43,391 bases of DNA, taken from contig JAUQVK010000089.1 in assembly GCA_039794845.1 (NCBI GenBank), positions 3,485-46,875 on the forward strand, given 5' to 3'. How positions within the stretch are numbered: position 1 is the first letter of the stretch; each line of letters opens with the position of its first letter. A program made the translations under genes and the position numbers. This document shows positions 27,323 to 35,618 of this stretch, piece by piece. This DNA comes from Thermostichus sp. DRC_bins_24 (GTDB taxonomy: Bacteria > Cyanobacteriota > Cyanobacteriia > Thermostichales > Thermostichaceae). Below the pieces are notes generated by a model. That model was not told the origin of the DNA and searched no databases. It saw only the letters and a program-made list of their open reading frames with translations.

Positions 27323-29047
27323 GTGCATCCGGGTCGTAGTTATCGGCGCCTAGTTCCCTTCATTCAGCCCCACCTGTGGATGCTGCTGTTGGGGTTGACC
27401 TGTACCCTTGGCTTTGTGCTGACCATGCCCGCCCTCGCCTACTTGATCGAGTGGGTGGCCCGCTCCATTGGCGCCGGGGATCTGGGGCAATTGCGCACGC
27501 TCGCCCTGATCGGGGTGGTGTTTTTCTTGGTGCGTGGCGCGTTTCAGTACGGCCAAGATACCCTCATGGCGCGAGCTTCCCTCCAAATGGTTTTGGAATT
27601 GCGGCAACGGGTCTATGCCCACCTGCAGGCACTGGATTTGGACTATTTTTCCGGCAACCGCACCGGAGATCTGGTTTATCGCCTAACCGGGGATCTGGAT
27701 CGGGTGGGGGAAGTGGTGCAGCGATTTTTTCATCGCTTCATCCCTAGTGTGCTCACCATTGTGGCCGTAGTGGGGTATCTGTTTTATCTCAACGGTATCC
27801 TCACCCTGACCACGTTGCTGATGGCCCCCCTAATGGGAGCCTTGATCAGTTGGTTCGGGGATCGCCTCTTGTTTCGCTCCCGCCTCAACCAAGAGAGCAT
27901 GTCGGATCTGGCCGCCCTCTTGACCGAAGTCTTTGCCGGAATTGGCCTGATTCGCGCCTTTGCTGCAGAAGAATATGAGATTCGTCGCTTCAGTACCATT
28001 GCCGAAAGCAATCGCTTGGCCCGGTTTCAAACCGAACAGGTGAAGGCCATCCAAGACCCCGTGGTGGGCTTTCTGTACGCCATGAGTGTGTTGGGAGTGT
28101 TTTGGATTGGCGGGTGGCAAATTAGCCAGGGTAACCTGACCGGCAGCCAGTTTCTCGGTTTTATTGCCGGCATTGCCATGTTGATCGACCCGATTGTTCA
28201 CATCACCAACAACTACAGCGAGCTAAAACAGGGCGAAGCTTCGGTAGAGCGAATCTTCGAGCTGTTGGATACTCGCTCACAGGTGTGTGACCTCCCCGGC
28301 GCCAAACCCCTGCCCCCCATTCAAGGTTGGGTGGAGTTCGATCAAGTTTCTTTTCGCTACAAACCAGATCAACCTGTGCTCAAGCAGCTCAGCTTTAAGA
28401 TCTCCCCCGGCGAAATTGTCGCCTTAGTGGGATCCTCCGGCGCCGGAAAATCCACCTTGGTCAGCCTCATCCCCCGCTTTTACGATCCGCAGCAGGGCTG
28501 TATCCGCATCGACGGCATTGATATCCGCACGGTAACCCTACAAAGTCTGCGCCGCCAAATCGGCATCGTCCCCCAGGAGATCACCCTGTTCTCCGGAACC
28601 ATTGCCAGCAACATTGCTTACGGACAAGAACACTTTGACCTAGAGGCCGTGCGTCAGGCAGCCCAGGTCGCCAACATTCACTCCTTTATCGAGAGCCTCC
28701 CCGATGGGTACGCCACCCTGGTGGGGGAACGGGGGGTAACCCTCTCCGGAGGACAACGGCAACGCCTGGCCATCGCCCGAGCTGTGTTGCTGAACCCGAA
28801 AATCTTGATTTTGGATGAGGCTACCTCCGCGTTAGACAACGAGTCGGAAGCCCTGGTGCAAGAAGCCCTACAACGGTTGATGCAACGCTGCACCGTCTTT
28901 GTGATTGCCCATCGCCTCTCCACGGTGCGCACCGCCCATCGCATTTTTGTGTTGGAACAGGGGCAGCTGCTAGAGCAGGGCAATCATGGAGAATTGCTGG
29001 GTAAAGGCGGGCGTTATGCCCAGTTTCATCTGCGCCAGTTTCAATAA
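27323..29047 (+). CDS. ABC exporter, fused permease/ATPase (MsbA-like family)
   Basis: N-terminal transmembrane domain; GSSGAGKST, LSGGQRQR, ILDEATSALD, IAHRLST. Confidence 0.93.
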   Translation: MHPGRSYRRLVPFIQPHLWMLLLGLTCTLGFVLTMPALAYLIEWVARSIGAGDLGQLRTLALIGVVFFLVRGAFQYGQDTLMARASLQMVLELRQRVYAHLQALDLDYFSGNRTGDLVYRLTGDLDRVGEVVQRFFHRFIPSVLTIVAVVGYLFYLNGILTLTTLLMAPLMGALISWFGDRLLFRSRLNQESMSDLAALLTEVFAGIGLIRAFAAEEYEIRRFSTIAESNRLARFQTEQVKAIQDPVVGFLYAMSVLGVFWIGGWQISQGNLTGSQFLGFIAGIAMLIDPIVHITNNYSELKQGEASVERIFELLDTRSQVCDLPGAKPLPPIQGWVEFDQVSFRYKPDQPVLKQLSFKISPGEIVALVGSSGAGKSTLVSLIPRFYDPQQGCIRIDGIDIRTVTLQSLRRQIGIVPQEITLFSGTIASNIAYGQEHFDLEAVRQAAQVANIHSFIESLPDGYATLVGERGVTLSGGQRQRLAIARAVLLNPKILILDEATSALDNESEALVQEALQRLMQRCTVFVIAHRLSTVRTAHRIFVLEQGQLLEQGNHGELLGKGGRYAQFHLRQFQ

Positions 29048-29151
29048 AGTTTCAATAAAAATAAAAAAATAAAAATGACAAATGCTACGAGAAATACAGC
29101 TGACGGGGTGACAAAGCCGTGTGGAAAGCTTACGGGACAAGGGATTGACCT

Positions 29152-29321
29152 TACAGCCCTTGCGCGGGTTTTCTACAGCAGGGATTGTGCTTCCTGTTCT
29201 CGCTCCGCAAGGTGCGGAGCACTAGCCTTCTAGAGATCGGATCCTAACTCCCTCCTAACTCCCACAGTTGTTCTACGCGACCGGCGGACACGCCGGTGTG
29301 CCCTGGGCGTAAAGGGCTGTA
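29152..29321 (+). mobile_element. MITE-like element, copy A (170 bp)
   Basis: TACAGCCCTT...AAGGGCTGTA terminal inverted repeats; internal blocks shared with the copies at 39394 and 40846. Confidence 0.8.
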
Positions 29322-29450
29322 TCAATTGGATAACTAAGTGCGGTTACTGTACTAGCTAATTAGCGAAAGGGCTGTATTCTCGAACTACAGTTGGTGATGC
29401 AGCCGGGACTGCTTCTGCTCAGGCGAAAAGATTATGGAAGAAAGATGATG

Positions 29451-29599
29451 GAAGGTGTAGTCGCACCGTCCTCTGAGGATTCGTTACCGAGAGAAGCACA
29501 GGGTGGGGCAAGTCGATATGTTGGTGGACATCAAGTGTCACGCGATACATGGTCGTCTCCCACCCTGCCTCCCGGTCCTGAGGCTGAGCCTACACCCTC
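29451..29599. ncRNA. Candidate long imperfect rod-like hairpin, unidentified
   Basis: Nested complementary blocks: GAAGGTGTAG (29451-60)/CTACACCCTC (29590-99), CCTC/GAGG, AGGA/TCCT, CAGGGTGGG (29499-507)/CCCACCCTG (29559-67), CGATATGT/ACATGGTCG. No family recognised. Confidence 0.3.
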
Positions 29600-29645
29600 T
29601 GCTTCAGTCCTGTCCCCCCATAAAGAGCGATATAGAGATGCGATG

Positions 29646-29724
29646 TAGGAAAGAGAAACGAGAAACGAGAAGTGAGTAATGAATCCTCCCCCTCACTCCT
29701 CACTTCTCCATCCTCACTTCTCCA
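29646..29724 (+). repeat. Heptamer-hairpin element, copy 1 (79 bp, intergenic)
   Basis: TAGGAAA-GAGAAAC-GAGAAAC-GAGAAGT-GAGTAAT-GAATCCT-CC-CCCTCAC-TCCTCAC-TTCTCCA-TCCTCAC-TTCTCCA; identical to copy 2. Confidence 0.95.
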
Positions 29725-29893
29725 CGGCCGGTGCCGCGCTGCGAAGGGGGGGAGGGAGCTGTTTCAGCCTTCAGGTGCAGTTGCCCGTTTTCATCTTTCT
29801 TCGGGCTGGAGACCCCCGCTGTAGCGTAAACTCAGTGCTGGGTAATTTACTTGCCCTATGAGCATTCTGGCTGCAGATGGTTCAGCTGTAAAC

Positions 29894-29936
29894 TGTTTCT
29901 GAAGTTACAAAACCCAGCGAAGGGATCCCTTAAGCT
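29894..29936 (+). promoter_or_regulatory. Putative NtcA-activated promoter
   Basis: tGTT-N8-TACa (29895-29908; one mismatch to GTA-N8-TAC), then 22 nt, then TAAGCT (TAN3T) at 29931. Confidence 0.55.
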
Positions 29937-30065
29937 CACCCTAACTTTGCAAGCCTTCGAGGGGAGCTTTTGGCCCATGACTGCCGTTCTCAGCCCCAGC
30001 ACTGCCGCTGACCGGCTCGCCGCCTGTATAGCGGAATGGCAAGGGATCGAGCTGATTACAGAGAG

Positions 30066-30144
30066 TAGGAAAGAGAAACGAGAAACGAGAAGTGAGTAAT
30101 GAATCCTCCCCCTCACTCCTCACTTCTCCATCCTCACTTCTCCA
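30066..30144 (+). repeat. Heptamer-hairpin element, copy 2 (79 bp, intragenic)
   Basis: Identical to copy 1; interrupts the oxidoreductase after ...LITE. Confidence 0.95.
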
Positions 30145-30395
30145 CCGAGATCAGCCCTATTCTCAGTGGGCAATTGGCGGATAAGCGCGCGCATGTCGTC
30201 GCCCGGCCCGCAGATGAGGCGCAAGTGATTCGCATTGCCCGTACCTGTGCCCAAAAGCGGATCCCGATCACCCTGCGGGGAGGGGGAACCGGCAATTATG
30301 GGCAGGCTGTGCCTCTGTACGGTGGCGTGGTTTTGGATCTATCGCGTATGCAGCGGATCGGTTGGCTGAAGCCGGGTTTGGCACGGGTAGAAGCA

Positions 30396-30467
30396 TAGGA
30401 AAGAGAAACGAGAAGTGAGTAATGAATCCTCCCCCTCACTCCTCACTTCTCCATCCTCACTTCTCCA
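30396..30467 (+). repeat. Heptamer-hairpin element, copy 3 (72 bp, intragenic)
   Basis: Same sequence minus one GAGAAAC unit; interrupts the oxidoreductase after ...RVEA. Confidence 0.95.
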
Positions 30468-31643
30468 TGGATTGGGAGCTGCGCATGTTCCCTTCCACAG
30501 CGGCCACCTCCACCTATGGGGGCTTTTTGGGAGGGGGCTTCGGTGGTGTTGGCTCGGTCAACTACGGCATTTTGAAAGAGCCCGGCAATGTCTATGCGGT
30601 GCGGGTGGTGACGCTGGAGGACGAACCACGGGTTTTGGAGTTGCGGGGATCCGATGTGGGACAAGTCACCCATTCTTGGGGCATGAGCGGCATCATCACG
30701 GAGCTGGAAATTTCTTTGGCACGGGCCCAACCCTGGGCGGAGTGTATCCTTGCGTTCTCAAATGTGATGGATTCGGTACGCTTTGGGTTTGAGTTGGCCA
30801 AGGCCCCCGGGATCCCTACCCGCTTGGTGAGTCAACATGCCTGGCCGATCCCCAGCTACTTCACCGCCCTACGAGACCACATTCCCGTCGGATCCCACTG
30901 TGTACTGGCGATTTTCACCGAATCTGGATATGAAGCCCTGCAAGATCTGGCTCAAGAGCATGGGGGCACCCTCTGCTTGGCCAAAGCCGCTGCGGAAGCC
31001 GGCAAAGGAACGACCCTCACCGACTACTGCTTTAATCACACCACCCTGCACGCCCGCGCAGCGGATCCCGGACTCACCTACATTCAAAGTCGGTTTCCTG
31101 CTGACCAAGCCGAGAGTTTGCGGTTAATTGAGCAGATGATCCAGCACTTTGGGGAAGAAGTGGTCATGCATATCGAGTTTCAACGGGTGGGGGGGCGAGT
31201 TATCGCCGGGGGTGGGCAGGTGGTGCGCTATTCTACTCCCGAACGACTGCAAGAAATTATGGCCTTTCATGAGCAGCAGGGCGTAACCATTCCCAACCCC
31301 CACACCTACATTTTGGAAGAAGCTGGCAAGAAGGTCGTGGATCCCAAGCAGGTGGAGTTTAATCGGCAGGTGGATCCCTATGGGTTGCTCAACCCGGGCA
31401 AGACTCTTTCTCGCCCGGCTTTTAATCATTTCAATGCGTAAAGAAAGGGTTCATTTGGATTCTGTTTGCGACCAAAAGATCATTGCTTTCTTAAACAAGA
31501 GACTTATATTCCCTCTGTCAATCTGAACCTTGATTGGGGCAGCTCATTATTTCTCAATGTCTTTCCAGTTGACCAGACTGAGTATCTCTCTCGGAGTTCC
31601 TCCCAGTTGAAGCTCTGCAGCCGTCATCCAAAAAACAGAATTT

Positions 31644-31687
31644 TGTAGCTACCTACACAAAAAAATGGGCGGCAAGGTGTTTACCGT
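31644..31687 (+). promoter_or_regulatory. Putative NtcA-type promoter
   Basis: tGTA-N8-CACa (31645-31658) in A/T-rich flanks, then 23 nt, then TACCGT (TAN3T) at 31682. Confidence 0.45.
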
Positions 31688-31735
31688 TGAGGTCGAGTTA
31701 ATCATTTGCAGGCTTTACCGGAATAGTGTCTAGCA

Positions 31736-32821
31736 ATGCTGTTTCTGAAAGGGTTTTATGGAGGTTTGGCGTTTATGAAGCCGGGTTTTAGCACAGGGAT
31801 CCCCCAAGGGCTGATGGCAGGGATGACCTGGGCTGTGGTCAGTGTTGGTATGGGATCCCCGTTGATGGTTGGATCCCTTGGAAGCCTTGCCCAAGCCCAA
31901 AGCCAAACTCTTGATCAAGTGACTTTTGGCACTAGTTGGTATGCCCAGGCGGAGCACGGCGGCTTCTATCAAGCGGTGGCCACAGGCATTTACGAAAAAT
32001 ATGGCCTGGATGTAACCATTCAGATGGGCGGCCCGAACGTCAATAACGTGCAGTTGTTGATGGGGGATGTTCTGGATTTGATGATGGCCCCCAACAATTT
32101 GACGGTGCTCCGACCTCTGGAAGAGGATGTGCCGATCATGGCAGTGGCTGCCATTTTCCAGAAAAATCCGCAGGTGATTATTGCCCATCCCGACGTAGAA
32201 TCTTTGGCAGATTTGAAAGGGCGACCCATTTACATTAGTGCCAGCGCCGCGATGGGCTATTGGCCTTTTCTGGAGTCGAGATTTGGCTTTACCGAAGATC
32301 AAAAGCGCCCCTATAATTTCAGCGTTTCCCCCTTCATTGTCGATCCCACCTCAGCCCAGCAGGGGTTTCTCACCTCGGAGCCGCTGGCGGTGGAGCGGGA
32401 AGGAGGATTCACCCCGTCAGTGTTTTTGCTGGCTGATGCCGGCTGGGCTCCCTACGGCAGTTTGATCGCCACCAAGCGCGACACGGTTGAGTCGAATCCC
32501 GATTTGGTGCAGCGCTTTGTCAATGCTTCTATCGAAGGTTGGTACAGCTTTTTCAAAGATCCGCAGCCCGCGTTTGAGCTGATCAAGATCGACAACCCCG
32601 ACATGAGCGACGAACAACTGGCCTATTCCTTCCAGAAGCTACAGGAGTACGGCATCATCGACTCGGGCGATACCGCTACCCTGGGCATTGGCGCCATGAC
32701 CGATGAACGTTGGGAAACCTTCTTCAAGGAAATGGTTGAGGCTGGGGTATTGCAAGCCGAAACTGACTTTCAGCAGGCTTACACCCTCGATTTTGTCAAC
32801 CAAAGAGTTGGCATGGATTGA
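31736..32821 (+). CDS. ABC substrate-binding protein, NMT1/THI5 family
   Basis: FGTSWYAQAEHGGFYQA, GGPNVN, AAIFQKNPQ, QQGFLTSEP, GIGAMTDERW. Confidence 0.9.
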   Translation: MLFLKGFYGGLAFMKPGFSTGIPQGLMAGMTWAVVSVGMGSPLMVGSLGSLAQAQSQTLDQVTFGTSWYAQAEHGGFYQAVATGIYEKYGLDVTIQMGGPNVNNVQLLMGDVLDLMMAPNNLTVLRPLEEDVPIMAVAAIFQKNPQVIIAHPDVESLADLKGRPIYISASAAMGYWPFLESRFGFTEDQKRPYNFSVSPFIVDPTSAQQGFLTSEPLAVEREGGFTPSVFLLADAGWAPYGSLIATKRDTVESNPDLVQRFVNASIEGWYSFFKDPQPAFELIKIDNPDMSDEQLAYSFQKLQEYGIIDSGDTATLGIGAMTDERWETFFKEMVEAGVLQAETDFQQAYTLDFVNQRVGMD

Positions 32822-32841
32822 CGTTTCACCTGCGTAGGATC

Positions 32842-34224
32842 ATGACCACCACCTTTCTCACCCCCCAACAAACCTCGGCTTGGCAGGCATTTCTGGCCCA
32901 ATTGCAAGGGATCCCTTTAATTACGGATGAGGCCCAAATTGCCCGTCTTTCCCAGGATTGGCACAGCCTCAGCCCGGTGTTGTCGCGGCAACTTTCGGAC
33001 AAACGCGGGGATCTGATCGTCTGCCCCGGCCATGAGGCGGAAGTGGTGCAGGTGGCCCAAGCCTGTGTTGCCCATCGCGTGCCGCTCACCATTCGGGGGG
33101 GTGGAATGGCCAACTACGGGCAGTCTGTCCCTCTGCAGGGGGGCATCGTCCTGGATATGTCGCGTATGCAGCAGATCTGCTGGTTAAAGCCGGGATCCGC
33201 GCGGGTGGAGGCGGGGGTGCGCCCCTTGGCCCTAGAAAAGCAAGCGCGAGACATGGGCTGGGAACTGCGGTTGATCCCTTCTACCTTTCGCACAGCCACG
33301 ATGGCAGGGTTCATCGCTGGAGGCAGTGGCGGTGTTGGCTCCATCGCGTTTGGGGGTTTAAGAGCCCGTGGCAATGTTCTTGGGGTGCGTGTCGTCACCT
33401 TGGAGGATCCGCCGCGAGTCTTGGAGCTGCGGGGGGATGAAATCCAGAAGGTGAACCACGGCTGGGGCTTAAACGGCATCCTCACCGAGGTGGAGATTCC
33501 TTTGGCTCCGGCCTCGCCTTGGGCAGAGGCGATCCTGGCTTTTCGGCCCGAACCCGGCGAAACCCCTCAACAGGCCTTGATGCGGGCGGTGCGTTGTGGT
33601 TATGCCTTGGCAGCCAGTGACGGGATCCCGAAACGGCTCCTCAGCTTGCAGGCATGGCCCATTCCCACCTATTTCCCAGCTTTACGGCCCTTGGTCCCAG
33701 AGGGATCCCATTGTGTGCAGGTGATTTACTTTGAGCCCAACCATGAGGCCCTAGCAGACTTGGCTCAAGAGTACGGTGGCAGCCTTTGTTGGCAAAAGCC
33801 TGCCGGAGAGGTGGGCCGCTCCCCCACCCTGATGGAATACTGCTTCAACCATACGGTTTTGCACGCCCGAGCCGCAGACCCCGGCATTACAGCCATTCAG
33901 GGCAAATTTCCCGCTCAGGGCGGCCCGGAGATGGTGGAGCACTTGGTCGAACACTTCGGCGACGAGCTGATGATGCACTTCGAGTACAACCGCATCAACG
34001 GTACGATCACCGGCGGTAGCGGCCATTTGGTGCGTTTTAGCAGCGAAGAACGCCTGCAGGAAATGATGCGCTACGAAAAAGAACTGGGCTGTTTGGGGCC
34101 CAATGTCCACAGCTATTTGATCGAAGAAGTTGGGCGCAACACCCCCCAGCTCATCCTCGACTTTAAGCGAGAGGGGGATCCCTATGGGCTGCTGAATCCC
34201 GGAAAAACCCGCTGCCTACTGTAA
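32842..34224 (+). CDS. FAD-binding oxidoreductase (intact paralog)
   Basis: RGGGMANYGQ, WELRLIPST, GFIAGGSGGVGS, DPYGLLNPGK. Confidence 0.9.
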   Translation: MTTTFLTPQQTSAWQAFLAQLQGIPLITDEAQIARLSQDWHSLSPVLSRQLSDKRGDLIVCPGHEAEVVQVAQACVAHRVPLTIRGGGMANYGQSVPLQGGIVLDMSRMQQICWLKPGSARVEAGVRPLALEKQARDMGWELRLIPSTFRTATMAGFIAGGSGGVGSIAFGGLRARGNVLGVRVVTLEDPPRVLELRGDEIQKVNHGWGLNGILTEVEIPLAPASPWAEAILAFRPEPGETPQQALMRAVRCGYALAASDGIPKRLLSLQAWPIPTYFPALRPLVPEGSHCVQVIYFEPNHEALADLAQEYGGSLCWQKPAGEVGRSPTLMEYCFNHTVLHARAADPGITAIQGKFPAQGGPEMVEHLVEHFGDELMMHFEYNRINGTITGGSGHLVRFSSEERLQEMMRYEKELGCLGPNVHSYLIEEVGRNTPQLILDFKREGDPYGLLNPGKTRCLL

Positions 34225-34301
34225 CAGGAATCTAGAGAATCCCTGCGCAGAGAGGGGCCAAGACCTTTATACTTGCGGCTGACCTGAGCGCGAGGCCAAG
34301 T

Positions 34302-35579
34302 ATGCTCTCACCGCAAGCTGTTAGTCCCCAAGGGGCTGAGATCCTCTGCATTGGGACGGAATTGCTTTTGGGGGAGATCACCAACACCAATGCTCAGTAT
34401 CTGGCGACGGAACTGGCCCAGTTGGGGATCCCGCACCATTACCAAACCGTGGTAGGGGATAACGAAGCCCGCATTCATCATGCCCTAGAAGTGGCCTGTG
34501 GCCGCGCCGACTTGATTTTGACCACAGGAGGCTTGGGGCCGACCCCCGATGATCTCACCCATGAGGCTTTGGCCTCTTTTTTTGGTGTAGAGATGGTGGA
34601 CCACCCACAGGTATGGGAAGAGATCCTGCAAAAGTATGGGCAGCGGGGCATTGTCCCCTCTCCCAGCAATCGCAAGCAAGCCTTCTTGCCAAAGGGGGCG
34701 CAGGTGCTGCCGAATCCGATGGGAAGCGCCTGTGGGCTGATCTGGCAGCCCAGACCCAACCTGAGGATCCTCACCTTTCCGGGGGTGCCCCGGGAAATGC
34801 GCCGTATGTGGCAGGAAACGGCCGTACCTTACTTGCGCTCCGTCGGCTGGGGGCAAGAGGTGTTTTTCAGCCAGGTGTTGCGCCATTGGGGTATTCCCGA
34901 ATCGACGTTGGCCGAACGGGTGGGATCCCTACTGACGGGTGAAAACCCCACCGTAGCGCCCTATGCCAGCCGGGGAGAAGTGCGTCTACGGGTCACCGGG
35001 CGAGCCCCAACCCGCGAACAGGCACAAGCCTTGATTGCCCCAGTGGTCCAGCAGATCTTGGCAATTGCCGGAGAAGATTACTTCGGTAGTGATGAAGCGA
35101 CCTTGGCTTCGGTGGTGGGAGAGCTGCTGCTGAAACGAGGGCAAACCCTGGCGGTGGCTGAATCCTGCACGGGGGGGCTGCTGGGGCAATTGCTCACCGG
35201 GATCCCGGGCAGCTCGGGCTATTTCCTCGGTGGGGTGGTAGCTTATGACAACCGCATCAAAGAGCGTCTGTTGGGAGTAGCCCCAGTCACCCTAGAGCAG
35301 CATGGGGCTGTCAGCGAGCCGGTGGCTGCCCAGATGGCCTTAGGGGCAAAACAGACCCTCGGCTCGGATTGGGCCTTGAGCATCACAGGGATTGCTGGGC
35401 CGGAGGGTGGCACCGCTACCAAGCCCGTCGGTTTGGTTTACCTGGGCTTGGCGGATCCCGACGGGAAAACAGAGGTGTACGAGTACCGGTTCGGCAGCTT
35501 GCGCGGCAGAGAGGGGGTACGCTGGTGGAGCGCTCAAACCGCCCTGGATCGTCTACGGCGGCAACTGCTCAAGCGGTAA
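34302..35579 (+). CDS. cinA: Competence/damage-inducible protein A (NMN deamidase domain)
   Basis: IGTELLLGEITNTNA, TGGLGPTPDDLT, AVAESCTGG, SITGIAGP, KPVGLVY. Confidence 0.95.
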   Translation: MLSPQAVSPQGAEILCIGTELLLGEITNTNAQYLATELAQLGIPHHYQTVVGDNEARIHHALEVACGRADLILTTGGLGPTPDDLTHEALASFFGVEMVDHPQVWEEILQKYGQRGIVPSPSNRKQAFLPKGAQVLPNPMGSACGLIWQPRPNLRILTFPGVPREMRRMWQETAVPYLRSVGWGQEVFFSQVLRHWGIPESTLAERVGSLLTGENPTVAPYASRGEVRLRVTGRAPTREQAQALIAPVVQQILAIAGEDYFGSDEATLASVVGELLLKRGQTLAVAESCTGGLLGQLLTGIPGSSGYFLGGVVAYDNRIKERLLGVAPVTLEQHGAVSEPVAAQMALGAKQTLGSDWALSITGIAGPEGGTATKPVGLVYLGLADPDGKTEVYEYRFGSLRGREGVRWWSAQTALDRLRRQLLKR

Positions 35580-35618
35580 GCTGGGGAAACAAGCAGATCC
35601 GCAACAGGAGCAGGCTTA

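Larger units (their letters stand above)
29977..31441 (+). pseudogene. FAD-binding oxidoreductase (GlcD/VAO-type) split into three ORFs by two element insertions
   Basis: Segments 29977-30065, 30145-30395 and 30468-31441 align colinearly with the intact paralog at 32842 (RGGGTGNYGQ, WELRMFPST, DPYGLLNPGK). Confidence 0.88.

Noticed and set aside
29037..29058. GTTTCAAT twice, resembling the start of cyanobacterial CRISPR repeats
   Set aside because: Only an 11-bp tandem duplication at the ABC gene stop; no full repeat or spacers follow.
29120..29146. GGAAAGCTTACGGGACAAGGGATT, reminiscent of motifs in cyanobacterial CRISPR leaders
   Set aside because: Degenerate single match with no adjacent array; cannot be supported.
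29563..29583. Minus-strand TCAGGACCGGGAGGCAG, similar to the SRP RNA domain IV motif
   Set aside because: Lacks the following AGCAG and the rest does not resemble 4.5S RNA as far as I can judge; left as an unidentified hairpin.
29391..29861. ORFs 29391..29648 and 29679..29861 flanking element copy 1
   Set aside because: No recognisable domain; the stop of one and the start of the other are supplied by the element itself.
29646..30467. CRISPR array interpretation of the three direct repeats
   Set aside because: Repeats are 72-79 bp, gaps are 341 and 251 bp, and the intervening DNA is colinear host promoter and gene sequence, not spacers.
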